Positions 47,980 through 57,551 of a stretch of 64,000 nucleotides of DNA are shown piece by piece (the first letter of the stretch is position 1; every line of letters starts with the position of its first letter). Both the position numbers and the translations under genes were made by a program. The notes below the pieces were generated by a model. That model had not been told where the DNA came from, ran no database searches, and worked only from the letters and a program-made list of their open reading frames with translations. The DNA comes from Pseudomonadota bacterium (GTDB lineage: Bacteria > Myxococcota > JACRCW01 > JAFGSX01), in the NCBI GenBank assembly GCA_043821645.1, contig JBDRCO010000113.1:128001-192000 (forward strand), written 5' to 3'.

Positions 47980-49575
47980 ATGTCCGCAGCCGTCAAGCAC
48001 CGCGTGGTTCCCTCCGAGGCTGCCCGCGTCCGCAAGGATCTCTCTTTGGTGCAGGATTCGGTGCGCCGGGGCGACTGGCTGAGCAAGGGCGACAGGGGAG
48101 CCGACGTGCAGGCCCTGCAGCGCGGCCTGCGCGACGCCGGGGTTTACAGCGGCAAGATCAGTGGTGTTTTTGACCAGGCCACGGGCCAGGCCGTGCGCGC
48201 CTACCAGAAGGCCCGCGGGCTGACCGTGGACGGCGCCGTGGGGCCGCAGACCCAGGGCTCGCTTAAGGCCAACAATCTCTTCGTCAAGGACGGCTTCGTG
48301 ACTGCGGCGCGAGCCGGTCAGTCGGGCCAGGACATCCTGGCCGCCGAGAAGAAGCTGGCGGCCCTGGGTTACAAGACCGGCAAGGTCGACGGGGTGTTCG
48401 ACAGCAGCACGGCCAGCGCGGTGCAGGCCTTTCGCGCTCGCGAGACCAGCCTGCCCGACGGCAAGAAGGAACTCGACCGGGCCGTGTGGCAGCGCCTGCA
48501 GCACGTCAACCAGAGTCAGGTGGCGCCCAAGCAGAACACCACCCGCCAGCGCCAGATCGGTTCGCTGCAGGAGCACCAGCGGCTGGACGACCTGACCGCG
48601 CGCACCGCCGCCGCGGGCAATCTGCATGCGGGGACCAAGGGGCGCGCCGCGGGTAACCTGCAGCGCCACCTCAAGGCCGCAGGCATCAATCCAGGCCCGG
48701 TGGATGGCGTGTACGGGCCCATGACCAGGGACGCGGTCAAGCGCTTCCAGACCCAGAGCACGCTGCCCGCCACTGGCAAGGTCGACGCCAAGACCTGGAG
48801 CGCGCTGCGCGATCGCCTTTTTGCAGCCGGTGGCAAGGCCTCGCCTGCGCAGAGCAAGGGTGAACACGGAGCCGCGGTGCTGCACACCGAGAAGCAGCTC
48901 AAGACCCTGGGCTACAACGTGGGCAAGGTCGACGGACGCTACGACGCTGCCACGACTGGCGCGGTGTCGCGCTTTCAAGCCAAGCACGGCCTGTCGCAGA
49001 CAGGCCAGGTCAACACGGCCACCCTCAAGGCCATCGACAAGACGGTCGAGGCCAAGAAGCCGCGCGCGGATCGCATCATCGATGATTTCAAGACCACCCC
49101 GCCCAAGAACGACTACAAGGTGCAGACGTGGCGAGGGGTCAAGGTCAACGGCCGCACCCGTGAGATGATCCAGCGCGCCGAGTTCATCATGCGGCACAAG
49201 TACGGCCACAAGAACTTCACCTTTGCCATCACCCAGGGCAGCTACAACAAGGGCGGCGTGGCCGCCAGCGCTGGCACCCACGACGGCGGCGGCGCCGTGG
49301 ACATCCGCACTCGCGACTCTTCGAAGTCGACCGTCGACCACATGGTCAAGGCCATGCGCGAGGCCGGCTTTGCCGCCTGGAGCCGGGGTCGGGGCCACGA
49401 CAGCTTCTCGCCCCACATCCACGCCATCGCCATCGGCGACCGCGAGGCGGCCTGGCTGGCCAAGTCGCAGGTCAAGAACTACGCGGCCGGGCGCAATGGC
49501 CTGTCCAACAACGCCCTGGACCCCGATCGCTCCCTGGGTCGGCCAGTCCCGGCGTGGGCGCGCAAGTACCTGTAA
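47980..49575 (+). CDS. Peptidoglycan hydrolase: 4 PG_binding_1 domains and a C-terminal M15/LAS-type Zn peptidase
   Basis: AAGGAGG RBS; four 'DG.(F/Y)...T..AV..FQ...GL...G' units; 'QGSYN..SAGTHDGGGAVD..PHIHA'. Confidence 0.8.
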   Translation: MSAAVKHRVVPSEAARVRKDLSLVQDSVRRGDWLSKGDRGADVQALQRGLRDAGVYSGKISGVFDQATGQAVRAYQKARGLTVDGAVGPQTQGSLKANNLFVKDGFVTAARAGQSGQDILAAEKKLAALGYKTGKVDGVFDSSTASAVQAFRARETSLPDGKKELDRAVWQRLQHVNQSQVAPKQNTTRQRQIGSLQEHQRLDDLTARTAAAGNLHAGTKGRAAGNLQRHLKAAGINPGPVDGVYGPMTRDAVKRFQTQSTLPATGKVDAKTWSALRDRLFAAGGKASPAQSKGEHGAAVLHTEKQLKTLGYNVGKVDGRYDAATTGAVSRFQAKHGLSQTGQVNTATLKAIDKTVEAKKPRADRIIDDFKTTPPKNDYKVQTWRGVKVNGRTREMIQRAEFIMRHKYGHKNFTFAITQGSYNKGGVAASAGTHDGGGAVDIRTRDSSKSTVDHMVKAMREAGFAAWSRGRGHDSFSPHIHAIAIGDREAAWLAKSQVKNYAAGRNGLSNNALDPDRSLGRPVPAWARKYL

Positions 49576-49590
49576 GGCTTGGGGCGAGCC

Positions 49591-51093
49591 TCACTCGAAC
49601 TGCCAGCTCGCGATCTCGATGCCAAGCACCGTGGCGGTGCTGAGCAGGGCCAGACCTCCCACGCCAGCCGTCACCAGGCCGCCAATGCCGAGCCCGCTGG
49701 CCAGGCTGTTGAAGGTGGCCGTGTCGTCGGCCCAGTGCGCATCCACCGCCGCGCCGTGGGCGATCCAGGCACCGCCGTAGCTGGCGCCGCCGACCAGGAT
49801 CACCGCACCCGAGATGGTGGCTGGCAGGATGTAGGGCGCGAGCACCAGGCGCGCGATCTCCCAGGGACTCAAGGCCACGGCCTCGGGCGGCGGGGTCGGA
49901 GCCTCGGCGTGCTGCTCGGCGAAGGTTGTGCCGAAGGGCTGCTCGAACAGGTGCCGCTCGAAGTAGTCGTCCAGCAGGCCGCGGCTGGCCGTGGTGGCCG
50001 CGCTGTGCGCAGGACCGAGCGCAGCCACCTGCACGCCCTGCACCTCGACCGGGCGTTCGCGGCCGTCGACGACCAGGGCCAGCGGCGTCGAACCCATGAG
50101 CATCAACCAGAAGCGCTGGGCTGCCTCCTTGTTGAAGTCGGCCTGCCTGAGCCAGCTCGCGTCGTGCAGTGCCGCGTGCCCCTGCACCTGCTCGTCGACA
50201 CGCAGAAAGGTGGCCTGGTGGGCGCGGTTGAGGTCGATGACGACGGTGTCACCACGTCCCGAGGGCCCGCGTATGGTGGGGCTGAGTCGGGCCACCGGGT
50301 TGTGGATGCGCGCGTTGGCCGCGGCGACGAAGGCATCGAGTTCGGCGTAGGTGATGCGCCTGTCGTCGTCGAGATCTGCGGCGCCGAGCAGCCCCGATCG
50401 CACCTCGTAGCTGAACACGCCCGAGAGCAGGCGCTCCCACTCGTGCACCTCGGCGCGGCCGCTGGTCGACAGGATCAGCCCCGCGCGCTCGAGGCCCTTG
50501 AGCCCCGGCTCGCTGGCCGCTGCGGGCACCCGATCACCGTAGTAGCCGCCGCCACGGGCGCTGACCAAGAGAGCCGCGTTGCAGGCATCCACCATCACCG
50601 TCAGCTCGACCTGTTCGGCCACCTCGCCCAGCGCAGCGGCGAGATCGCGCTGGGTCAGCCCCCCGTCGGACAGGTAGACGAGCCCACGCCCCTCGCGGTC
50701 GACGTCACCGTGGCCGGAGTATGCAAACAGCAGGGCCGGTTGCTGACCTCTTTGCCGTGCTGCCTCCAGCCTCTCACGGCTGTCGGCGATGGCCCCGAGC
50801 ACAGCCTGGCGCGAGGGTGCCTGCGGCGACACCGCGGGGAACAGCAACGCGGTCTCGTCGTCGAGCTCGGCGAGCAGGGTGACGCGATCGTCGGTCTGGC
50901 CCAGTAGCAGCGACAGGCGCACCGCATCGTCGTCCGCAAAGCGCAAGGGGGGCAATGCGGGTCGGGGCGAGCGGTTGAAGCCGACGATGATGGCCTCGCG
51001 ATAGCGCTCGGGCTGTAGCGCGCTGGACGCCTGGGTCTGCGCCTCGACCTGGCCGAGGGCGAGGCCCAGCAGCAGCAACGAGGCCGTGATCAT
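49591..51093 (-). CDS. Exported caspase-family (peptidase C14) protease with C-terminal TM helices
   Basis: Signal peptide; 'LRFADDDA', 'YSGHG' His and 'VDAC' Cys dyad, 'GVFS..SGLLGAADLDDD..ITY.EL'. Confidence 0.85.
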   Translation of the reverse strand: MITASLLLLGLALGQVEAQTQASSALQPERYREAIIVGFNRSPRPALPPLRFADDDAVRLSLLLGQTDDRVTLLAELDDETALLFPAVSPQAPSRQAVLGAIADSRERLEAARQRGQQPALLFAYSGHGDVDREGRGLVYLSDGGLTQRDLAAALGEVAEQVELTVMVDACNAALLVSARGGGYYGDRVPAAASEPGLKGLERAGLILSTSGRAEVHEWERLLSGVFSYEVRSGLLGAADLDDDRRITYAELDAFVAAANARIHNPVARLSPTIRGPSGRGDTVVIDLNRAHQATFLRVDEQVQGHAALHDASWLRQADFNKEAAQRFWLMLMGSTPLALVVDGRERPVEVQGVQVAALGPAHSAATTASRGLLDDYFERHLFEQPFGTTFAEQHAEAPTPPPEAVALSPWEIARLVLAPYILPATISGAVILVGGASYGGAWIAHGAAVDAHWADDTATFNSLASGLGIGGLVTAGVGGLALLSTATVLGIEIASWQFE

Positions 51094-51914
51094 GGCGCCG
51101 CCCGGTCCACCAGCAGCACGTTCTCTATCTGCACCACCGGCGAGCCAGGCCAGGTGATCTGGGCCAGGTCCTCACCCCGGGCACGGGCCGCAGCCAGCAG
51201 CCCTTCGATCGCATCCAGACGTATGGGTTGGGCGCTGAACAGCGCCACCAAACGCAGCCGCCCCGCGTGGTGACGACGGCCCAGCTCGGTCTCATAGGGT
51301 AGGGCCTGCGGGGCCGCAGCGACGGACAGAGAGATAGACTGACCCTCGTCAGGCAGGGGATAGTACCAGAAGGGCTGCAGGGCATCGTCGACACCGAACA
51401 GGAACAGCCGGTTCCTGCTTGGGTCGTTGCAGCGCGCACTGAAGCGCAGGCGCTGATCCAGGGGCACGCCCTCGGGTCGGCGCGCGTCCACCACCAGGCC
51501 GGTGTTCGGGTCCACCGCCGCCACGCCGAAGCCCTGCTCGACCACGGCCGCATCGCCACCACGAGCGACCAGGCCGCTGTCCCGATCCGGGATCGCGATG
51601 GTGAACACCAGCGCCGCTGCCAGGGCCGCTGCGGGCGCCAGCACGAAGGCCGCCCACCAGCGTCGCTGCTCCCGGGGCCTGGCCTGCACCGCGGGATCGG
51701 CAAGCACGGCCTGGAGCACGCGGTGCGCGGACAGGCGCTCGGCCCCCTCGCCGAGAACCGCCCTCTCCTGACCGGCGCGCTCGTCATACACCCGCCGACA
51801 TTCATCGCAGTCGGCGACGTGCGCGCGCAGCTCGCGCAGACCTCCGGCGTCGAGCTCACCCGCGAAGTAGGCATCGATGCGCCGCCGCGTATCGCTGTGT
51901 GCCGTCTCAGTCAT
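51090..51914 (-). CDS. Zinc-finger (ZAS/zf-HC2) anti-sigma factor with TM and periplasmic DUF4384-like domain
   Basis: H..HVADCDEC, TM 'WWAAFVLAPAAALAAALVFTIAI', 'LFLFGVD..FWYYP..LVALFS..PI'. Confidence 0.8.
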   Translation of the reverse strand: MTETAHSDTRRRIDAYFAGELDAGGLRELRAHVADCDECRRVYDERAGQERAVLGEGAERLSAHRVLQAVLADPAVQARPREQRRWWAAFVLAPAAALAAALVFTIAIPDRDSGLVARGGDAAVVEQGFGVAAVDPNTGLVVDARRPEGVPLDQRLRFSARCNDPSRNRLFLFGVDDALQPFWYYPLPDEGQSISLSVAAAPQALPYETELGRRHHAGRLRLVALFSAQPIRLDAIEGLLAAARARGEDLAQITWPGSPVVQIENVLLVDRAAP

Positions 51915-52515
51915 CCAGCCTGTTCTCCCGGATAAAGCGCCTGAGTGCGTTCTCTATGCTGGCGAGACCCTTGCGCAGGCGGTGACGGGTCAAGCCCAGA
52001 CGAGCCGCCGCGTCGCGCTCGCACAAGCCCTGGACCAGACAGTTGTCGTAGATGTCGCGGACGTCGCCCTGCAGCCCCTGCACGAAGCGCTGCCGCAGAG
52101 CCTGGGCCTCGGCGTGCTCGACCTGGGCCGCGGGATTGGCCCACTCGGCCTCGACCTCGGTCCGCTCGGCGCGCTCCGGGTCCAGCACCTCGAAGCGCGA
52201 GCGGCCCGAGCGCCTCAGGTCGTGCACCACGTTGCGAGCGATGGTCTTGAGGTAGGCCTCGTAGGGCTTGAGGCCAGAGTAGGCCTGGCGCGCCTCGGGG
52301 GTGAAGGCCTTGACGAACACGGTCTGCAGGGCGTCGTCCAGGTCGGCCTCGGAGCGCAGCCCGCAGGCCCTGAGCACCCGGCGCAGGATGGGCGCGGTGC
52401 GCTCGAACAGGTCGCCGAGGAGCTCGGGATCGCCAGCGCGAAAGCGCGCCAGGGCGGCGGGATCTCCCACCAGGAGTTCGGCGCTTGGCGCAGGAGGAGG
52501 TGGGGCTGTGTCCAC
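51907..52515 (-). CDS. ECF sigma-70 factor
   Basis: 'DDALQTVFVKAF..YLKTIARNVVHDLRR' region 2; 'GLCERDAAARLGLTR' region 4. Confidence 0.85.
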   Translation of the reverse strand: MDTAPPPPAPSAELLVGDPAALARFRAGDPELLGDLFERTAPILRRVLRACGLRSEADLDDALQTVFVKAFTPEARQAYSGLKPYEAYLKTIARNVVHDLRRSGRSRFEVLDPERAERTEVEAEWANPAAQVEHAEAQALRQRFVQGLQGDVRDIYDNCLVQGLCERDAAARLGLTRHRLRKGLASIENALRRFIRENRLDD

Positions 52516-52540
52516 GGTGCTTCAACATCTCAGACAGCAG

Positions 52541-52571
52541 GACGGACCACAAGCGAGCCTGGTCGAAAAAA
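52541..52571 (-). promoter_or_regulatory. Candidate autoregulated ECF promoter
   Basis: Minus strand TTTTTTC-GACC-N16-CGTC just upstream of the sigma gene. Confidence 0.35.
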
Positions 52572-52669
52572 CCACCTCTGCCTTTGCAGATCGATCCGTG
52601 GCATTCATGCGTTGGCACGGGGAACCGGGAGCCGGAATCAGTGGCCTCTCCTTGCCAGCGGAGGACTCC

Positions 52670-53266
52670 ATGTCCAAGTTCTCGTCTCTGCTCGACCGCA
52701 TCATGAAGGGCGACTACCAGGACGCCAGTTCCGAGCAAAAGGAGGCGGACCTCGCCGAGATCAAGAAGGTGTGCAGCATCGCCGCGGCCGCGGTGTCCTT
52801 CCAGCCCATTCCTCTGGTCGACAGCGCGCTCATCGCGCCCATCCAGATTGGCATGGTGCAGGCCATCGCGCGCATCCACGGCCACAAGCTGGACCGCCAG
52901 TCCATCCTCGAGATGCTGTCCACCTTTGGCGCCAGCATCCTCGCCCAGAACGCCATGATGGCCGCTGCCAAGCTCATCCCCATCGCCGGCTGGCTGATTT
53001 CCGTGTCCATGGCCTACGCCCTGACCTGGGCCATCGCCGAGGTCAGCGATCACTACTTCCGCACCGGCCGCGGCGCGTCCAGCGCCGAGCTCAAGGACAT
53101 GTTCAAGCGCGTGTACAAGTCCAAGAAGCAGGAGAAGCAGGCCGAGCACAAGGGCAACGCCACGCTCAAGGACAAGCTCGACCAGCTCAAGCAGGCGCGT
53201 GCCGAGGGCCTGATCAACGACGAGGAGTTCGAGAAGAAGAAGGAAGATGTGCTCGCTGGGTTCTAA
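52670..53266 (+). CDS. DUF697/YcjF-like protein with C-terminal SHOCT domain
   Basis: GGAGG RBS; 'PIPLVD..PIQIGMV..IARIHG', 'KLIPIAG'; 'L..L..GLINDEEFEKKK..L'. Confidence 0.8.
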   Translation: MSKFSSLLDRIMKGDYQDASSEQKEADLAEIKKVCSIAAAAVSFQPIPLVDSALIAPIQIGMVQAIARIHGHKLDRQSILEMLSTFGASILAQNAMMAAAKLIPIAGWLISVSMAYALTWAIAEVSDHYFRTGRGASSAELKDMFKRVYKSKKQEKQAEHKGNATLKDKLDQLKQARAEGLINDEEFEKKKEDVLAGF

Positions 53267-53273
53267 CTTTTTA

Positions 53274-53387
53274 AGGGGGCGGTCGGCCCGCCCCCTCTGC
53301 CAGCGGAGTGAATCCGCTGGCATTCACCCCCGGCAGCAGCTGCGGTGATCGCCTGGTTCCAGGTCGGGGCGGTCGGCCCGCCCCCTC
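53274..53387 (+). repeat. Two-hairpin REP-like element, copy 2, plus a duplicated first hairpin; likely bidirectional terminator region
   Basis: AGGGGGCGG-tcggc-CCGCCCCCT-C-TGCCAGCGGA-gtgaa-TCCGCTGGCA-TTCACCCCC; GGGGCGGTCGGCCCGCCCCCTC repeated at 53366-53387. Confidence 0.75.
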
Positions 53388-55965
53388 ACAAAGACATCAC
53401 AATCTCACGTGCGGGATCTCGCAGGTTGTAGTGCGAACTCATGGCGTGGCCGTAGGCCCCTGCCGTCGCGACCAGCAACACATCTCCCTCGTGGCAAGCG
53501 GCCATCCGGCGCGCGAACCCCAGGGTGTCGCCGCTCTCGCAGATAGGCCCCACCACGTTGGCCGGTGCTGTCACAGCTTGACCCAGCCGCGACAGGTTGA
53601 CGATCTCGTGGTGCGCCCCGTACAGCGCGGGCCGGATCAGGCTGTTCATCCCTGCATCCACGCCCACGTACGCCACGTCGCCCTTGCGCTTGGTCTGGGT
53701 CACCCGCGCAAGCAGCACGCCGGCCTCGGCGACCAAAAAGCGCCCGGGCTCGACCCACAGCTGGCAGCGCGGATGCGCCCGCCGCACCGCGGCCAGGCTG
53801 TCGTCGACGGCGGCCAGATCCAGGGCTCGCTGGCCAGGCCTCTCGACCACGCCGAGCCCACCGCCGACGTCGATCACAGCGAGGTGAGCAAAGCGCTCGG
53901 CCAGCTGTGCCAGGGTCAACGCCGTCTCGGCCCAGCTCTCGGCCCGGCGGATGCCACTGCCTGCGTGCGCGTGCAGGCCCACCACTCGGGCCCCGCAGGT
54001 ATCCACGGCGCTCTCGAGGTCATCGAGCTGCTCCAGGGCCACCCCAAACTTGGCGTGCTGCCCGGCGGTGCGCACGTGCGCGTGGTGTCCCTGGCCGTGA
54101 CCGGGGTCCACTCGCACGAAGAGATCGCGCTGCGCGAACAAGTCCGGCCAGTGCCGCAGGGGATGCAGGTTGTCGACGGTGACCCGCACCCCCAGGTCCA
54201 GGGCGCGGGCGTATTCCTCCCGGGGAGCGAAGTTGGGCGTGAACAGCAGCCTGTCGGCACTCAGTGCCGGCAGCACCGCGCGCACGTGGTCCAGCTCCCC
54301 GCTCGACACGCACTCGAAGCCGAGACCCAGACGATCGAAAAGCCGCAAGATCTCGGGGTGGGGATTGGCCTTGAGGGCATAGAACACGCGGTCGATCGAG
54401 CCGAGGTCCAGGAGTCGCTGTGCGGCCTGCTCCAGGCTCGAGGGGTCGTAGACGTACACCGGCGTGCCGCGCCCGGCCTCGTCGAGGAGTTGCTCGCGGT
54501 GCCGGCGCCACCAGCGCGGTACCTGGTCCTTGCCATCCCGGGGAGCGAACAGGTCACGCCACGAGGCACCCTCCTCGTCGTCGGCACGATCCTGAAACAG
54601 CAGCCAGTGCAGGCGCCGCACCAGCCGCTCCGACTGATCCTCGTCGACCACGAAGGTCAGGTTCAGGTCGCTGGCAGCCTGGCTGACGAGGTGGATGCGC
54701 TGCTCCTCGAAGACCTCGAGGGCCGGCCCGAGGTGATGCAGGATGCCGCGGATGTTGCGGCCGACCAGGCTGATGGCTGCGCAGGGGCCAATGGTGCGAG
54801 CACGGCAGTAGCGACCTAGCCCTCCGAGCAGGTCGTGCAAGACCGAGGGTTCCAGGGAGTTGGCCTGGGCATCCAGCGATACCGTGACATTGCTCTCCGA
54901 CGTGGACACCAGGTCCACCGACAGGCCGAGCTGCTTGAACACCGCGAACACGTCCGCCAGGAAGCCGACCTGCTGCCACATGCCCATGGTGTCCATGGAC
55001 ACCAGGGTGAGCTGGCCCCGCGCGGCAATGGCCTTGACCTGCCCTGGCCCGGGATCGACGCTGCCATCGATCACGGTGCCGTCGACGTCGGGGTGGGTGG
55101 TGCAGCGGATGTGCAGCGGAATGCCGTGGCGCCTCGCGGGAGCCAGACAGCGCGGGTGCAGAACCTTGGCGCCCATGGACGCCAGCTCCTGGGCCTCGTC
55201 GTAGTCGAGATGAGGCAGCAACAGGGCCGCCGGGATCTGGTGCGGGTTGGCCGTGTACATCCCCGGCACATCGGTCCAGATCTCGCAGCGCGCCGCACCC
55301 AGGCGTGCGGCCAGCAGGGTGGCCGAGGTATCGGAGCCGCCCCGCCCCAGCAGCACGGTGTGGCCCTCGGCGTCGCGAGCGATGAAGCCCTGCGTGACCA
55401 GGATATCGGCCTCGAGATCCGCCAGACGCGCGGCCAGCGCAGGGTCCGGCGCGTCGTCACAGCTCGCCGACAGGAGGTTGCGTCGCTCACCTGCCAGGGG
55501 ATCGTGCTGACTCGTCATCAACTCGCGCGCGTCCAGCCACTGCGCCGTCAGACCCTGTTGCTGCATCCAGGCCACCCCCAGCCGGGTGGCCATGAGCTCA
55601 CCATGGGCGAGCACGCGAGCGCGCAGGCGTGGGCTGACCTCACCGATGAGCGCGATACCGTGCGCCAGCCGCTCGAGCGAGCTCAGGTCATCGGCGATGG
55701 GCAGGGGCTCCCCCAGACCCAGATCGCGGGCCAGCGCACGATGACGCTGCGCGATCATCTGGAGCAGATCACCGGGGTGCTCGGCCAGGGCCTCGTCGAG
55801 AAGCCGCTCGAGCGCATTGGTGATGCCGCTGAGTGCGGAGCACACCACCAGGGGCCGCAAGCCCTCGCCGAGGCAGCGCCGGGCCTGGGTGGCAATGGTC
55901 TGCCAGCTCTCCACCGTCGCCACGCTGGTACCGCCGAACTTGAGCACGACGAAGGACGGAGCCAT
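53386..55965 (-). CDS. lysAC: Bifunctional aspartate kinase / diaminopimelate decarboxylase
   Basis: VLKFGGTSV, GRGGSDTSA, WTDVPG, ACT domains; YALKAN, KFG, HAHAGSG, EPGRFLVA, GPICESGD, GAYG. Confidence 0.93.
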   Translation of the reverse strand: MAPSFVVLKFGGTSVATVESWQTIATQARRCLGEGLRPLVVCSALSGITNALERLLDEALAEHPGDLLQMIAQRHRALARDLGLGEPLPIADDLSSLERLAHGIALIGEVSPRLRARVLAHGELMATRLGVAWMQQQGLTAQWLDARELMTSQHDPLAGERRNLLSASCDDAPDPALAARLADLEADILVTQGFIARDAEGHTVLLGRGGSDTSATLLAARLGAARCEIWTDVPGMYTANPHQIPAALLLPHLDYDEAQELASMGAKVLHPRCLAPARRHGIPLHIRCTTHPDVDGTVIDGSVDPGPGQVKAIAARGQLTLVSMDTMGMWQQVGFLADVFAVFKQLGLSVDLVSTSESNVTVSLDAQANSLEPSVLHDLLGGLGRYCRARTIGPCAAISLVGRNIRGILHHLGPALEVFEEQRIHLVSQAASDLNLTFVVDEDQSERLVRRLHWLLFQDRADDEEGASWRDLFAPRDGKDQVPRWWRRHREQLLDEAGRGTPVYVYDPSSLEQAAQRLLDLGSIDRVFYALKANPHPEILRLFDRLGLGFECVSSGELDHVRAVLPALSADRLLFTPNFAPREEYARALDLGVRVTVDNLHPLRHWPDLFAQRDLFVRVDPGHGQGHHAHVRTAGQHAKFGVALEQLDDLESAVDTCGARVVGLHAHAGSGIRRAESWAETALTLAQLAERFAHLAVIDVGGGLGVVERPGQRALDLAAVDDSLAAVRRAHPRCQLWVEPGRFLVAEAGVLLARVTQTKRKGDVAYVGVDAGMNSLIRPALYGAHHEIVNLSRLGQAVTAPANVVGPICESGDTLGFARRMAACHEGDVLLVATAGAYGHAMSSHYNLRDPAREIVMSL

Positions 55966-56029
55966 GACTCCTCCCCGCGCGACCCGTTGAATTCGGGTGC
56001 GCGTGCAAGGGGTGCACGTGAGTGGAAGG

Positions 56030-57537
56030 TCAGCCGTCTCGCGGCGTCGTGTCGTCGAGAGGAACCACGGTGAGCTTGAGCCCGTCCACCGCGACGATGC
56101 GGACCCGGGTCTTGGGTGGGATGACCTGCGACGAGAACGCGGCCCAGGTCTCGGGTCCGTGCTGAACCTTGCCACCCTGGGCTCCGATCTCGGTCAGGGT
56201 CAGGGCCGGCTGGCCCACCATGCCCTGGGCGCCTGTCACCGGGGGCCGCTGCCGCGAGCGCATGACCATCACACCGGTGAAGGCAAGGACCCCGAGGGTG
56301 GCGATGACGGTGGGCCACATGGCCCAGGGTGATACCCCGTAGGATGGCTCCGCCCACAAGTTCGGGTCCACGTCGTCGACGAGGATCATGCCGCCAATGA
56401 CCACCGCGGCGGCACCTCCGATTCCGAGCGCACCGAAGGAGGGCAAGAAAGCCTCGGCCACCAGCATCCCCGCGCCGACCAGGATGAGCAGGATCCCGCC
56501 CACGTTGACCGGAACGATCTGAAACGAGATGAAGGCCAGCAGCAGCGAGATGGCGCCGAGCACGCCCGGAAAAATCACGCCCGGGTGGTACATCTCCATG
56601 GCAATGCCCAGGATGCCGGCCATGAACAGCAGATACGACACGTTGGGGTTGGCGAAGGTGTTGACCACCTTGCTGCCAAAGGACATCTCGTGGTGCTCGA
56701 CCAGGGCCCCCTTGCAGCGCAGGGTCTTCCACTCGCCCGCGACCTCGACCACCAGGCCGTCCGCCTTCTCCAGCATCTCGTCGACGTCCCGCGCCAGCAG
56801 ATCGATGACGCCGATCTCGAGCGCCTTGCTGCTCACCACCGACACCGACTCGACCACGGCCTTGCGCGCCCACGCCTTGTTGCGATGGCGCTGCTCGGCG
56901 ATGCCCTCGATGAAAGCGGCGGTGTCCTCCTCGGCCTTGGCGGCCAGGTGCTTGGCGTTGTCGTCCTGTCCCTCGCCGCCCCCCCACCGACACTCACCGG
57001 GTGCGCAGCTCCGATGTTGGTGCTGGGGGCCATGGCCGCAACGTGGGCTGCCATGGTGATGAAGGCGCCGGCCGAGGCTGCGCGTGCTCCCGAAGGGGCC
57101 ACCAGCACGGCCACCGGAATCCTGGCCGCCATGAAGCCCTTGACGATGTCGCGGGTGGAGTCGAGCAAGCCGCCGGGCGTGTCGAGGCGAAACACCACCA
57201 TGCCGAAGCCACGCTTCTCGGCCTGCTCGATGCTCTTGAGAAAGTGATCCTTGGTACCCGGGTTGATGGTGCCGTCGACGTCACTCATCAGCACCCGCGT
57301 GATCTTGAGCTCACCCTCCGCGGCCGGGCGGCTCGCGGGCTGCGAACTTGGCTCGGGCGGCGTCTCCTCGACGGGTTTGGGCAGATCCGCAAGGTCGCTC
57401 GCCGAGGCACCACCCGACACCGGCGGCGGGCCCGCGGCCGCCCCGAGCAGGCTACTGAGAACGGCGAGCCCGACCAGGGCGCCCGAGGTCACGGCCACGC
57501 GGCCGATTCGCGTCGACAGGACAGATGTTCTTCGCAT
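56030..57537 (-). pseudogene. nfeD: NfeD-family membrane-bound serine protease, frameshifted at a G7 run (56979-56985); probably a sequencing error
   Basis: LDTPGGL, AASAG, TNIGAAHPV in one frame, continuing as DDNAKHLAAK..RNKAWA..EAFLPSFG..G.V...E.W.A in another. Confidence 0.85.
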
Positions 57538-57551
57538 GCGCGAGGACTCCT

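Noticed and set aside
53386-55965. Aspartate kinase-DAP decarboxylase fusion as a novelty
   Set aside because: Already described (e.g. Xanthomonadales, Legionella)
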